This document shows, one piece after another, positions 25,446-39,396 of a stretch of DNA of 64,000 nt (position 1 is its first letter; every line of letters begins with the position of its first letter). The stretch comes from Octopus bimaculoides (Eukaryota): positions 163,357,755-163,421,754 of the forward strand of contig NC_068982.1 of assembly GCF_001194135.2 (NCBI RefSeq), in the 5' to 3' direction. Below the pieces are notes generated by a model. The model did not search any database and had not been told where the DNA came from. It saw nothing but the letters and a program-made list of their open reading frames with translations. A program made the position numbers and the translations under genes.

Positions 25446-25929
25446 ACATCCACCCACACACAAGTGTGTCAGTGTCCATGTGTGCAGCTTTGTGTTTGTT
25501 TACATTTTCTGTTCTACAATAGTCACTATGAGCAGCATTGTTGCTTTCACTTTTGCTGTCAATAACTTGTCCACTCACTCAATGCCTTCATAGACATGTA
25601 AAAAAAAAAAATCCCTATTTGGAAAATAGGTGTTAGTGGCAGGAAAGATATCTGGGTGCAAAACAATGCTTCAATATATATATTCATCTAACTTGTGTTT
25701 GCATGGGGTACATGAATAATCAATGCAAGCTTTGAGTTCCGCTCAGGTGACTTTGTTACCATTCACTTTCTGAGGTTGATAAAATAAGTATTGAGAGCTA
25801 TATAACTGACTACATATTCTAGAAGGTAATGACTGAGCATGGACACAGTGCAGTGACTGAAACCAGAAAAATGATAAAAGAATGCATATATACTCTGTGT
25901 GTGTGTGTTTATGTATACACACACACATG

Positions 25930-26142
<213 letters not shown>

Positions 26143-26954
26143 GCAAAAGATTGGGGAGAGATATTGCATACTCTAGTAATATAAAAATATACCTATAAAT
26201 GTATATATCCAAAATCAATAATGATATTTTTTACACTGTGAACCGAAAAACAAAAAAAAAAAAACTGGTTTTATCAATGTTTGACTGATCAGCAGAGAAG
26301 CCACGGCAGAAAGAAATTTTTTGCACATCAATTTTTGGTTATAAGCATAAAGTTTGGTGAAGTCTGTGAAAATAATCAGACATCCTCTATGCAACTAAGA
26401 AAAACTGTTCCGGTTTTGTATAAACGCTTGAATATCACCATAGAACTTATAATTTTATTTCAATTACTATAAAATGAAAGTGAAATAATATAAAACTACT
26501 GTAATCATTATGTCCCATCAATTCATAGCTAAGAGTGCTCAATTATGTAACATATACATGAGAGTGAATATTAATATTATTTAAAATATATAATTTAGCA
26601 TACATTTCCTAGTGTTTGAAGAAAGTGCTTAATGCAAAAGCGGAGCGTAAAGTGTATAATAAAGTAATACAAAAATACAATTAGAAATGTATTTATCTAT
26701 AATCAATAAGGACATTTTTACGCTCCAGACCCTGTGTCTGGTTTTGTCAATGTATGTCTTGTCAATGGAGAGACTGAGGCAGAAAGTTTTTACAACAACT
26801 ATCATATATATGCATGAAGTTTGGTCATGTCCATATAAATAATTGGACAGCTCCATAGAACAAAGAAAAACAGTTGAGGCTCTTGTGAAAATGATTGAGT
26901 ATCTCTGTAAAAGTAATACAATTTTTTTCATTGACTATTAAACAAAATTGAAAA

Positions 26955-27025
26955 TCGAATTAGTTTCTTTGCTGATGAGTCATACTTTGATGAAACCAGA
27001 CATCTGGCCCAGAGTGAAAACTATT
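26955..27025 (+). ncRNA. Degenerate hammerhead-like motif
   Basis: CTGATGA-gtca(tactt)tgat-GAAA-ccagac. The cleavage triplet is not intact. Confidence 0.35.
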
Positions 27026-30000
27026 GTTCTTATTGAGTTTGGATATCCTTACTGGCATGGATTGGATGGTTTGACTGAATCTAACAAGCCAGAGGACTAT
27101 GTTGAGCTCTTATGACAGCTTTGGCATGGTTTTTATGGCTATATGCCCTTTACAGATAGTAATGGGTGTTTTTCATGGCATCAACACTAGCAAGGTCACC
27201 AAGTTACTCACAAAACAAGATCCCCTGACAGAGTAAGGAAAATGGCATTGTGCTAAGTATTGAGAAGCTAAAATATAATAGAGAGGCAGGAAGAGGTACG
27301 TTGTAGAGAAAATAAATGGCTACTCCAGCTGGAAAGGGAGAAAGAATGGTGGAGATGAGGTATCAGGGTATACTCTCAAGGGAAAAGATGGAAGATAAAG
27401 AAAGAATAGGGACAGAGAATTGATGATCAATAAGTAGGTAAATTTGCAAGACTATGAAAGGAGAGTGATGGATGGTTAGAAATGGGGATAAAGGTGAAAG
27501 CAGGGAATGGTGAACATGGGTAGAGGTATGGTCAATGGTGAATCTCAGTTTGAGGGAAAGTTAAAGAAAAACAGGAGTGGGTCAGGGAAGAGTAGGTAAT
27601 AAATGGAAATACATAAAAGGGAAGGGGAAGAACAACAGTATAATATAACCATAGGTAAGAAATATAGAGATGAGAAATAGAGAAATGGTGTGAAGTGTGG
27701 GGAAAGAAAGAAAATGCACAGTGACAAAGATGGAGATCAGAGGCATGTAGGGATGGATATAGTGAATGGCAAAAATGGCTGGGGTATGTCAATAGCAGGG
27801 GAAAGGAGAATTCAGGGGGAAATAAAATGGTGAAGGATGATGTTGAGAGTGCAAGATAGGTAACAAAGGAAGTGGTTCAAAGGAAAGGACACGCAAGGGA
27901 ACAAAGAGAAAATGTGTTGAGAGAAAAATGCGGGTATAAGAGACATCAAATGTAGTGTGCACACTACATCTGATGCCTCATATGCTAGCTTTATTTCTTT
28001 CTAGCCCTCACATGTCCTCTGCTTTCAGGGCCTACATTTCACTACTATGTAGCATTGTTGTTCAGTTATATGCATAAATATATTTCTATATTATTAGACT
28101 ACTACTTATGCTCTGCTTTAGTATTGAGCACTTACACCTACCACTTGAATGTAAGTGTAGACATATTTATTTTGAATAATATAAATATCAACTTTCATGT
28201 ATGTTGATTAAATTTTATGATCATAAGTGAGGAATGCTTTAAAAAGTTTTTTTCTGTAAGTCATACATAGACAAAATGAAGGTATATGGGCAGTAGTATA
28301 TATAAAAAAAAAGTCTTTTTATTGATTTTGGATACATACACCTCTAAGTATAAATTATACTAATTACACTCTGTTTTTGCATTGAGCCCTTTAGTCCAAG
28401 GCATGGAATTATATACTGAAGTATGTGTATGCAATAATATTGACATATCTATACATATACATATGTCTGCACATACATATTCTATTGGTCTTAGTCACTG
28501 AACTGTGGACATCCAGGGTACTTACACACACACACACACACAGATACATATGGGAATACATACACATATGCAGATACATTATATGCATAACATATAACAC
28601 ACAAACTTGAGAACTCCATCTCCATATGAAGCTGCTATTGTTTTCACTGACAATCAATACACTTTATACTTTTGATTATTGTATGTCTTATAATCTCTAT
28701 TATTTTCCCTTGCATAAATTGATTATTACAAATAAAGCTGTGATTTTGTTTGTGTGGGTGTGTGTTGCATCAATGTCATCCTTGTTGTTGTTGTTGTTGT
28801 TTTTAGATTATAGATTAAAAAAAAAAAAAAACTTATTTTCTACATTTTTTTTACTCTGCTAAAAGTAAGCTAACTAATAATAATGATGATGATGAGGATG
28901 AGAATGATGAGGATGAGGCCTACCACCACCACCACCACCACCACCACCACTGCCACCACCACCACCACCACCACCATGATCATGATAATCATCATCATTT
29001 CTTACATTAGCAAAATAATGGTTTCTAACATTGGCAAATGATGGTGGTGGTGATGATTATGATGATGATGATGATGATAATGACAGCAGCAACAACAAAG
29101 ATAGTGTAACTGAGTTGACAAAACAAAACAAAACAAAACAAAGAAACCCATACTTGATTTGCTATCTTAAGAAAGACACGGTTATTTACTCTCTCTCTCC
29201 ATCTTTATCTCTGTCTCCCCCTCTCTCATTACACTACTACTATCTAATCTATACATAATCTATTTTTAGGGCATAATATCAATGATTTACAATTGGCCAG
29301 AAGAATATCACATCACAAAATTTCCACCAAATTAGCTGGATTTCAGATGTTTTTTCTACCATCGTTAAAGCTGGTTAGATCTTCATATCTCTTTTTCACC
29401 TCCATTTCATATCAAAAAAATAAAAGAAAGATGATTCTTTTTTAATACAGGTGTTTTTGCATTAACCCCCCCCCCAAAAAAAAACTCTTCTTGTTGTTGT
29501 TGGTGGTGGTGAGGCTGTTATTCTTATCTTTGCTCATTGACAATGAATCTTATAGAAACCAGGTCATTACAATGTCAAAGTGAACCCCAAGATATATTAT
29601 TTCTGACACAGATCATTAGCAGGAATTGGAAGTGGAGGAGGTAAATGGAGTGGTTTTAATATTTTTTGCTTGTTAAGCTGACAAGAAATGGTAGAATATT
29701 GAAGCGTCATTTCTAAAATTACTGCGTGAGGTACAAGTCTTTGAAAAAAATAAGCTTTCACATGTGTGTGTGTGTGTGTTCATTTGTTGTTTTTATGTCT
29801 ATTTTACCATGTTAGCATGGGTTGGCTGAACACATAATACCAAAGTATTGTTTTTACATCTAGATGCCCTTTGTATCACTCTTACCTGTTTTTCAAGTAA
29901 GAGAATTTCCATTCCACTCATGTTCAGATGCATACATACATACATACATACACATACAAACATACATATACACATACACACATATATAAATATATATAAA

Positions 30001-30360
30001 AGAAGAGTGTATAAATGTGAATAAATCACAATTATAATGGAGAGGGTTATAAAAACACTTACATGCCTAGAAATAGCAGTTAAAACCGCTATAAAGCCAT
30101 TATAAACATTAATTAAGAAAAGAACTCCTGATGTTTGAATTCAGAATTTGAAGTGTGTAGATAGACATTGACACATTATTCTTGCTGGTCGGGCACATGT
30201 TAAGCCCCAAGTTTTATCTCAAATCTGCTTAATACTACAGAAATTAGAGTTAAGTGCCAACAAAATGGATCATTGAGATGCATAGTTGGATTGTTTTTAA
30301 CTGTTGACATGGAAGAGAGCAGATGGTCAAGCTAACAAGCTGATTTGTTATTTTCATTGT

Positions 30361-30576
30361 TTCACCCTTTTGATACCAACCTGCCCGAAACTGCCCTTAG
30401 TTTTGATATAAACTTCATGCTTTAAAATGATCCCATCAAAAATTCAATGTTAATTTATGTTCCAAACACCAGCTTAATAATGCCAAAATTTATTTTACTA
30501 AATTCTTCATTATTTTCACAGTTAACTCAAACAAAGGCAGTGAATTTCAATAGAAAGATGGTAACAAAAGGGTTAA
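30361..30576. mobile_element. piggyBac-type TTAA MITE
   Basis: TIRs cccttttgatacca / tggtaacaaaaggg (13 of 14 match). Flanks are ttca and ttaa. Confidence 0.8.
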
Positions 30577-31569
30577 AAACAGATTAACCAATCAGGATAT
30601 TCCATTTACTGAGAGTGTGATTAGCTACATTGATAGGTTACTGAAAAAGGATCAGTTGTTTGTATTCTGCTCCTGGTGCACATTGTGTTTGTTGCTAAGA
30701 CACTTAATTATCATTTGGTTCATCCAGCTGCAAGTAGCTGCTGCAGATACATGAGTATAATTCCCTGCTGTACACAGTGAAAACATTGCAAAACTGAAAA
30801 GTGTTTCACTGGTTTATAGTGTTCAGTTCAATTCCCTCTCTGTATATGTGATGAATTTATCTGTGATAAACTGAAATTCTTTTCCAAGAGAAAACTTATT
30901 TAACATCTAATCATTACTGTAATAAGTGGTAAGTGAAGACAAACAAAGAATCCATGACAAAACATCTATCCACTGAAAGGTCTATGCCTACTAGATTGTC
31001 TGTGTACTTCTCACCTTTGAACCAATGAGAATGTTACTACATGTCCCTTGAGAAACCACCTCTTGTCTTTGATAAAGGAAGGACACATTATGGTCCTAGA
31101 TATACTGTCTTGACAAGGACAGAATAGTTACTTCCACGAAACCTTTGATCATACACCTGATTGATCAGGGATGACCAGGGGTTAAACAAAAGAAAAAAAA
31201 ACAAACTAAAGAAACAGCTGCTGCTGCTCCTACTACCACTACTACTACAATTACAACTACAATCCTCACTCTCCGATTCTACAATAAACAGCTTGACCCA
31301 GGTTTTTCTTACCTCCAAAATTTCTTTGTTCTGGGAAACATACACATGTCTATAATTCTCTTAGTAACCCCACTAACATGTGAAAGTTCAAACTGGACAT
31401 TAATTAATACCATTAGCATTCCAACATCATTTGCTTACTGATCTTCATTTCTCCTCAGTCTTGGAGCAGGGGCTGATGAGGCTATTCCAAAATGAGGAAT
31501 TAAGAAACAAATGATCCTAATAAACAAAAGTAGCAGCAGATGGTAACATTGTTGAGATGAGGAATTTAT

Positions 31570-31897
31570 ATTATGTATATTGTTTATATTAGTTGGACTG
31601 GTGTTCTGATCTTGATTGTTGCTTTCATCACATTTTGCCTATAATACATTCCAGCCTTCTTCTGATGTTTTGTATTGAATTTGGCTGTTGTATCAGAATT
31701 TTGGATCTAATCCTCTATTTCATTCACAGTGTACCCCAATGGATCAAATAATTGGTTAGGTTTGAAATTCCAATACAACAACCAAGTTCAAGACAAGACA
31801 CCTGAAGAAGGCTGGAACATACAACAGCTGAAATGTAGTGAAAGCCGCAATCAAGATCAGAACATCAGTCTGACTAATATAAACAGTATAAATAATA
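31570..31897. repeat. Fold-back inverted repeat (~130-bp arms) carrying a Penelope-type hammerhead-like motif
   Basis: 31570-31701 is the reverse complement of 31765-31897 at moderate identity. The right arm has cac-CTGAAGA-aggctg..cagct-GAAA-tGTA-gtg. Confidence 0.85.
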
Positions 31898-32329
31898 CAC
31901 ATACATAACTACAAACTATATCATTTATTGAGTCAGATTTTCTATAGCCAGATGTTCTTTCTACCACCAGCTCTCACCTGTTCCCAATCATGTAATATTT
32001 TCTAATGGCTGGGCATATTTTCTGATGGTAATATTTTCCTATGGTTCTACAGAACATGAAAAACAAATGACATCACTTGTATGACAGGCTCATTCAAAAC
32101 AAGCATGTGATGTCAATACAAGCAGCAAACATACAATCATACACATGCAGAAACATACATATACATACATGCTTGCATACACATGTACATATTTATACAA
32201 TGGGCTTCTTCCTGTTTACCAAATTCACTTATAAATTCATCATAGCCACTCTCACCCCCATAACATGGTAGAAAAATGAAGTAGTCATTAATACATAATT
32301 TATTGCATAGAATTAACAGTGTGATATTA

Positions 32330-32688
32330 ACATAACATTAGCTCCTTAAATTCAAAATTAAGGAAAATATAACTACCAAAAACTGCAAAATAATGTTAAA
32401 TAATTTTTCAATCTAAAAATAATTTTCCTACTGGGATCATCAAATTCACTTCTGGAATCCTGAAATTTTTCCCAGGTTAAGAATTATAGTTTTAAAGTGT
32501 GTTAATTAAAATAAGCCCTACCTCCTAATTGCATGTAAGAATTTTTTTTATTAAATTATGTCCTAAATACCAAATTGATAATGTAGAAGTTAATTATTTT
32601 AGTAAATCTCTCAAACTTCTTGATTATTTTCAAAATGATCTGAAACATAAATAATGTATTTTATTAGAAATACATTAATGAATGGGTT
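32330..32688. mobile_element. AT-rich MITE-like element ending gggttaa
   Basis: Right end aatgggttaa. Left end uncertain. Confidence 0.35.
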
Positions 32689-33024
32689 AACAGAGTTTGT
32701 ATAATCTCCTCATGTTGCCTCCTGCCCCTTAGTCAATTTTAGGGCAGATAATACATAAAGAAAAGAAAAAGTGAGAATAACTTAGAATATCCAGTAAATT
32801 TCAATAAATAACATGGAGAATATAGCAGACACAATGAATCAGATCAGAATGGTATTTTGTTTGTTTTTATTCTGTTAAAATCTTTGTCCAACCACTGCTT
32901 CGAATATATTGTATTATTCAAGAAACCTGTTAGACCTGGAGGAAGAGTACCAAATTGAAGCATGCTCTGACTCAATAGAATCGTGACTAAAATCTAAAAT
33001 TCTCAAAGGAGAATGGAACAAAGT

Positions 33025-33104
<80 letters not shown>

Positions 33105-34978
33105 AAACAGAGAAAGAGATGAAGAGGAGTGTGTGGGGTAGGATGGTAGGGATATAAAATGATTGAAAGAGATTGAAAGCTGCAGAAGGAAAAAAACACC
33201 ACGGAAGGTTGAATTAAACACATACATTGCTTATTTCAGAAGTGATTGCTCATTTTAATCCACCCTCTACTATTTTCTAGCTTCCTTACTACTTTTGTTC
33301 AATTTTATTCTCAGTTTGTATCTCTCCTCTTTCTCTGTCTTCCTTCATCTCCATTACTTTCAGTAAATTTTCTCACTTTTCCCCAATCATATTCCTCAAC
33401 CATATTTTCTGCAACTGCTACCATAACAAGTATTTCACATAAATACATAGAGGTCACTGGCCACATTTCATTAAATGAGATTTGGGAATGGTGAGAGAAA
33501 ACTGAAGATTCTATAAAAAAAATGTAATAGTTCAGGCAATAAGTGTGTGTGTATACACCTTTCCCACCCCTCCTCTCACACATATATAGACTTATACAGA
33601 TATGGTATTAGAAATAAATAAATATCTATACATGAGCTCTTTTGAATTCTTGAAAAATTTTCTGAAGAGAAAAAGAAATAATATTAAGAAGAAATAGGTG
33701 AATTTTCTATATAAAATCACCTCCCAAGAACCTGAATGCCATATCTTATATAAATCAAGTCAATGCTGAAATCATTTTGTTCCAAAGAATTAATTATAAA
33801 TCCATTTCTCCTCGACAAGTAAACACTGCATATTTCTTTTGACTATCTTCTTATTTCACTGTTTCTGTAAGGTGTTTGAGTAGGTTTTTGTGTTTGTCTG
33901 GTGAAGTATAAGCAACAAAAATAGTTATGTGCATTATCTGAGCCAGTAAATCTTGTGGGAAAAGGAAAAAGATTTTGTGCTATGTGAATGTACTTAGAGA
34001 CAAAACCCTGACACAATATAGATGATGTGCATAAGACATTGCAAATGGAAGAGTTTCTGCTTTGGGATTTGGAGAAAATAAATTGATTTTACAAAGGATT
34101 GAGTTAATATGAAGATTAGCTAACATGAACCAGTTGAATATTGAACTACATATACCAGCTAAATCAGTTCAATTTCTCTTAAAAACTATACTGTTTGGGT
34201 CATGACAAGTTCTAATCCTATATCAAAGTTGAGGGAATGCTTAATGTTTAGTTTAAAATATTGAAAGCAGCAGGCTTGAAGAAGAGCTTTAAAAAATGGA
34301 GCCAAGAAGATAAATAAGGGTTTAGGAAAGTGTAGAATATTAAGAGAGCTGCAAATAGCCAAGCTAACAATGTTGGACCTCCAATTGTAGTGTTGTGACT
34401 TCTATCCTTTCATCAGAACTCAAATTTCATTGTGGCCAGGGCACTTTTAATTCTAAATGGCCCAGTCCAAAGAATAAAGGGAGTTGTAGTTGTAAAACTG
34501 ATGGAAGAAGCACTGCAAAATTGAAAATAGCTTACAAGGCAGAGTTTAAGAACGCTTGTTGTGGAAACTAGTTCATACAGCATATGCTCCATAAATCTGA
34601 CTTGCTCTTGCTACATTACATGAAGGAAATGAAGATCTCAATGGTGCTTATGAAATAGAAATCATCATTAGTATAAGAAATGGGAGGTGAGAGAGCAAAA
34701 ATGAAGGTATGAGGATAAGTGAGTATGCCATGTGAGCTGAGGTGGTAAAGAGTTCAACAACTTCAGAATAGCAGAGATTCTTGTAGCTATGAACAGGAGC
34801 TATCGAAAGTGAAAACAACATGATTGTCATAGAGTACCGGTGATTGTATCTCAGTTGGACAGGTTGGTCTTTGGACATGACACCTAACACATAACTAACC
34901 CAATCTATCAGCATATAGATAGGTATATCTATACATTATATAAATAATAATAACAATAATAAAAAAAAAAAAAAAAAA

Positions 34979-35292
34979 TGTTTAAATCTAAAAACAGAAA
35001 CAATTCCTATCATAGTAGGTACCTTAGGTATAATAAAAAAATATTCGGACAAATACATTGCAAAAACACCAGGACTTACAAATATATATAACATACAGAA
35101 AATTGCACTACTGGGCACTGCACACATCCTACACAAAACACTTTCAATACAGTAACCATAAGAACATCACAGCTAACCACAGCACATACCCAAGGCACAC
35201 AGAGCTGCGCTCGGTAGTGAAGTGAAAGCATGTTATAAAAATAAAAGTACTGAACAACAATAATAATAATAATAATGATAATAATAATAATA
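34979..35292 (+). mobile_element. 5'-truncated R4/Dong-like RLE LINE 3' end with (AAT)n tail
   Basis: LKTETIPIIVGTLGIIKKYSDKYIAKTPGLTNIYNIQKIALLGTAHILHKTLSIQ* (stop 35153-35155), then a 3' UTR with aataaa and (AAT)n. Preceded by (TAA)n and poly(A). Confidence 0.8.
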
Positions 35293-35470
35293 ATGGCTTC
35301 AAATTTTGGCGAAAGGCCAGCAATTTTAGTAAGGAGGGGTTAGTTGATTACATTGACCCCGGTGCTGAACTACTACTTTATTTTATTAACCTCAAAAGCA
35401 TGAAAGGTAAAGTCAACCTTGGTGGAATTTGAACTCTGAAGTATGTAAAAAACCGTTAGAAATACTGTAA
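35292..35470 (-). mobile_element. SINE family A copy
   Basis: Core ...aaaggtaaagtcaaccttggtggaatttgaactc. Other copies at ~44420-44640, 48240-48400 and 49590-49750 (-). Confidence 0.7.
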
Positions 35471-38400
35471 AAAATTTTTTACAACAACAATGATGATATT
35501 GACAGTGGCAACAACAACAATGATGATATTGACAGTGGCAACAACAACAGCGACAATAAGAACAACAATAATATAAAATAAATGAATAGAAAATATATTT
35601 CAAACTGCAATAACGCTGTTACAACAGAAAATTTCTACTAAATACATTTAAATTTCAAGACTTTTTAAAGAAGAAAAACAAAATTTTTCCATAAATATGA
35701 TAACAAAGAAAATTAATTTTTTAAAGACAGTTTACTGTACTTTTTCATTTTTTAAATTTCTTTTTAAAAGATTGGTTTTAAAAGAATGGTTTTTAACCTT
35801 CTCTTAAATAAGACACACAAGATGTGAAAACAAGTCGCAATTTGTCTTTGTATAACATGTAAACGTGACCAGAAGACTGAAAGGTTGAGGCATGAAAATA
35901 ACTGCTCCCTGCCAAGGCAATTGTAGGTTGTTTGTATAAACAAATGAAATAAAGGATGAAGAGGGGTAAAAAGGAAGATATAAAATGTGATGTGTGTGTG
36001 CTTGAGATGGTACGCATACATACACACATATACACATGCATGTACATGCTCAAAATTGCATTGTTATATATGTGTGTGTATGTATACACACACACACACA
36101 TGCATGCATACATATGTGCATTATTTTTTGGTATGGTTGAAGAGACAACATGATTTTGCGAAATTAAATTAACAGAAGCAATTTCAAGTAGAGAAAGAAA
36201 ACAAGAAGGTGAGGTGGGGGTGGGGTGGGGGAGAGAGGAATGAAGTATTGAAGAATATCCATTTTGATTTCAAGATTGGGGATATTTGAATAATGGTTAG
36301 TAATCTAACTGTAAAGAATGGCCACATGCTGAATGAGACAGAAACAAAGGGAGGAGAAAAGAGATATAAACGAGGCAAAAAAACAAAAAAAAACAAAAAC
36401 AAAACAAAAACAAACAAAAAACTATATGAATAAAAGAAAAAAAATTAATAAAAATTAAAACAATAGCTAACCCAATCAAACACCTATGATTAGTATAATT
36501 TCAAAAAAGAAAAACAAAACCAAAAACTCCCCAAAAACCCAAGATAAAAAAAAAGAAAACAAAAATCCAAAAACAAAAATTCGGATAACTGCAAAAAATG
36601 GCAAAAGAAAAAGAAAGGGATAATGAAAGTAAAATTTTCACAAAGAAATGATGTATAGATATTTTGGCATTAGTAGAAGGAATTGATAAAGAAATGTATA
36701 AAAGTAAATATGTAAAATAAGATTAAAAACTAAAACAATTGCTTAGGAAAACAATTCTATATTGTTAGGTACCATTAACTTGTCAGAAATTACATTCTTC
36801 TTCAGAAAAATAATAATAATAAATAGCAAAACTCCTCCAAAAGACACCAAATGAATAACACAAAAGTAAAAAGATAAAGTAAAAAAATAAAAAAAATAAA
36901 GTAAGTTATAGATTGGAAAATTTTCAAATGATCAGTTATAATTGTTGCCATAAAATCTCTGTTCCCTCTTTCTTCCCTGTTGTCTGTACATATTACACAT
37001 ACACACACACATGCATATATATGTATATGTATGCATGAATGCTTGCGTCTTCATGGAATTTCTGAAGGCAGGTGAGTGGAGAGTCTTGGTTTTAGATATA
37101 GTTCTCGGTTTTAGTTTTTTGATTTTTAGTTTTCAACAAGACATCAAGTGCTTATGTTAAAGGACTGACATCTTTAATGTTGAAGCAATTCAAATGATGG
37201 CTCTGACAGACAGAAACATAAAATTGTGAAGTGGAAGAAAGCTAAAGATGGCGAGTAATGGCAGCATCGCCTGAAAGCTTACCATTAATGCTAAGTTGGT
37301 GGCAGTAATGAAAAATTGTCAAATAAGTCTTAACTGAAAACACTCCACATGTGTGCTGATGTTGATGATGGGGTAGGATACTGGGATAGAATATTCTATA
37401 AAAGGAACTCTATAATATTCAGATGGTTGGGTCACACATGTTATACAGTGAGTTGAAAAACTTTGATCGACTGAGAATATCCAAGTAATTAGTAGGCAAA
37501 ATCTTCTAGGTGAGTTAAAAATCTTAAAAACAAACAAACAAGAAGAGAATAATGTCTATTGCTTTCACCAGGTACACTTTAACAATGAATTCATTCCAAT
37601 CTCCATTGTCAATAGCATTCAAAATTTTTATCAACTTATTGGAGTTGTTTCCCTTGCTTGAGTCTTGATTTTAAACATCTCTTGAGGAAGTTTTTCAATT
37701 CACTATTTTTACATATGTAAACATCTAGTATCCAGAATGCTCCTCTGAAGTATTTTCACAGCCTAGTTGTTAATAGCCATAATCAGTGTCACTACACTTC
37801 CTTTCTTTCTGTATATATTGATCACTCCTTGTCTTGTTGACTAAGTAAAATTTATTTTGTTGAGGCCTTATAACACTGAAACATGTCTGTTGTTCTCATT
37901 AATTGTCTTTAAAGACCAAACCATTCCAATTTGCACAATGTGTATTTGTTCAAAAGTTTTGCTCAACCAAGCTTATTGGAATTCTATCTTTTAATTTTTT
38001 TATTTAGATGCTAAGCACATCTAGAGGTAAATTGATTACTTCAGTTATCTCAGTTAATCAAAGTTTTCTAACTAACTGTATTACATATCAAGATGCTACT
38101 GCATCTGTATTTTCTCTTGGTCATACATTTCACTACAGTATTCTAACTACACAGAATATTTCACCAATGTGATTCATAGTGCAGGAGCTATTGTATAGTC
38201 ATCATGATCTCCTAAAAATAGAAGAAAAGAAAAAAAAAAACTTTTTCAAACCACATCCCATCATCTTTAATAAACAATGTAGTCGCAGATATACAAAAAT
38301 GCAGCATGGTTATAACTGGAATGCCACTGAGCATGGTTCTGCTCAATCAGGATAGACCTGGGGTTAAGCAATAACAGCTGTTCAGGTTAACCTTATTCTA

Positions 38401-38798
38401 TCAAACCAACCAAACCAAAATGTTAGTTCATAAGCCAATTTTTTCAGGTGCAGGCATGGCTGTGTGATAAGAAGTTTGCTTCCTAATGACATAGTTCTGG
38501 GTTTGGACCTACTGTGAGACAGCTGGGTGTCTTCTACTATAGCCTTGGGTATGGTAGTACATACACACATATATATAAACATGCATACATCATACACACG
38601 CACAAGTACACACACACACACACACACACGCACATGCACATTGCCCATGCGGTGCCATGTAAAAGCATCCATCACACTCTGTAAAGTGGTTAGTGTCTTA
38701 TGCAGCCCCTCCACCACTGGCTTGCCAGCTCTGGTCAAACTGTCCAAAATATGCCAGTATGGACAACGAACATTAAATGATGATGATGATGATGATGA

Positions 38799-38833
<35 letters not shown>

Positions 38834-38922
38834 CCTCCCTCCTCTCACATGAACAATATGCTTCTTCATTTCAGCTTCCGTAATTTTTGGAACACTCAAA
38901 CATTTTTTGGAATTTTAAAAAT

Positions 38923-39396
38923 NNNNNNNNNNNNNNNNNNNNNNNNNNNNNNNNNNNNNNNNNNNNNNNNNNNNNNNNNNNNNNNNNNNNNNNNNNNNNN
39001 NNNNNNNNNNNNNNNNNNNNNNNNNNNNNNNNNNNNNNNNNNNNNNNNNNNNNNNNNNNNNNNNNNNNNNNNNNNNNNNNNNNNNNNNNNNNNNNNNNNN
39101 NNNNNNNNNNNNNNNNNNNNNNNNNNNNNNNNNNNNNNNNNNNNNNNNNNNNNNNNNNNNNNNNNNNNNNNNNNNNNNNNNNNNNNNNNNNNNNNNNNNN
39201 NNNNNNNNNNNNNNNNNNNNNNNNNNNNNNNNNNNNNNNNNNNNNNNNNNNNNNNNNNNNNNNNNNNNNNNNNNNNNNNNNNNNNNNNNNNNNNNNNNNN
39301 NNNNNNNNNNNNNNNNNNNNNNNNNNNNNNNNNNNNNNNNNNNNNNNNNNNNNNNNNNNNNNNNNNNNNNNNNNNNNNNNNNNNNNNNNNNNNNNN
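38923..39396. other. Assembly gap (others: 10487-10496, 22719-22955, 26042-26051, 41050-41590, 56482-56718, 60972-61030, 62932-62941)
   Basis: Runs of N. Confidence 1.

Noticed and set aside
31450-31500. CTGATGA-ggctattcc-aaaa hammerhead-like string
   Set aside because: Stem II and the GAAAC..GTH part are not recoverable.
34800-34870. accggtac motif resembling the 23123 hammerhead (minus strand)
   Set aside because: The catalytic core is too decayed to support a call.
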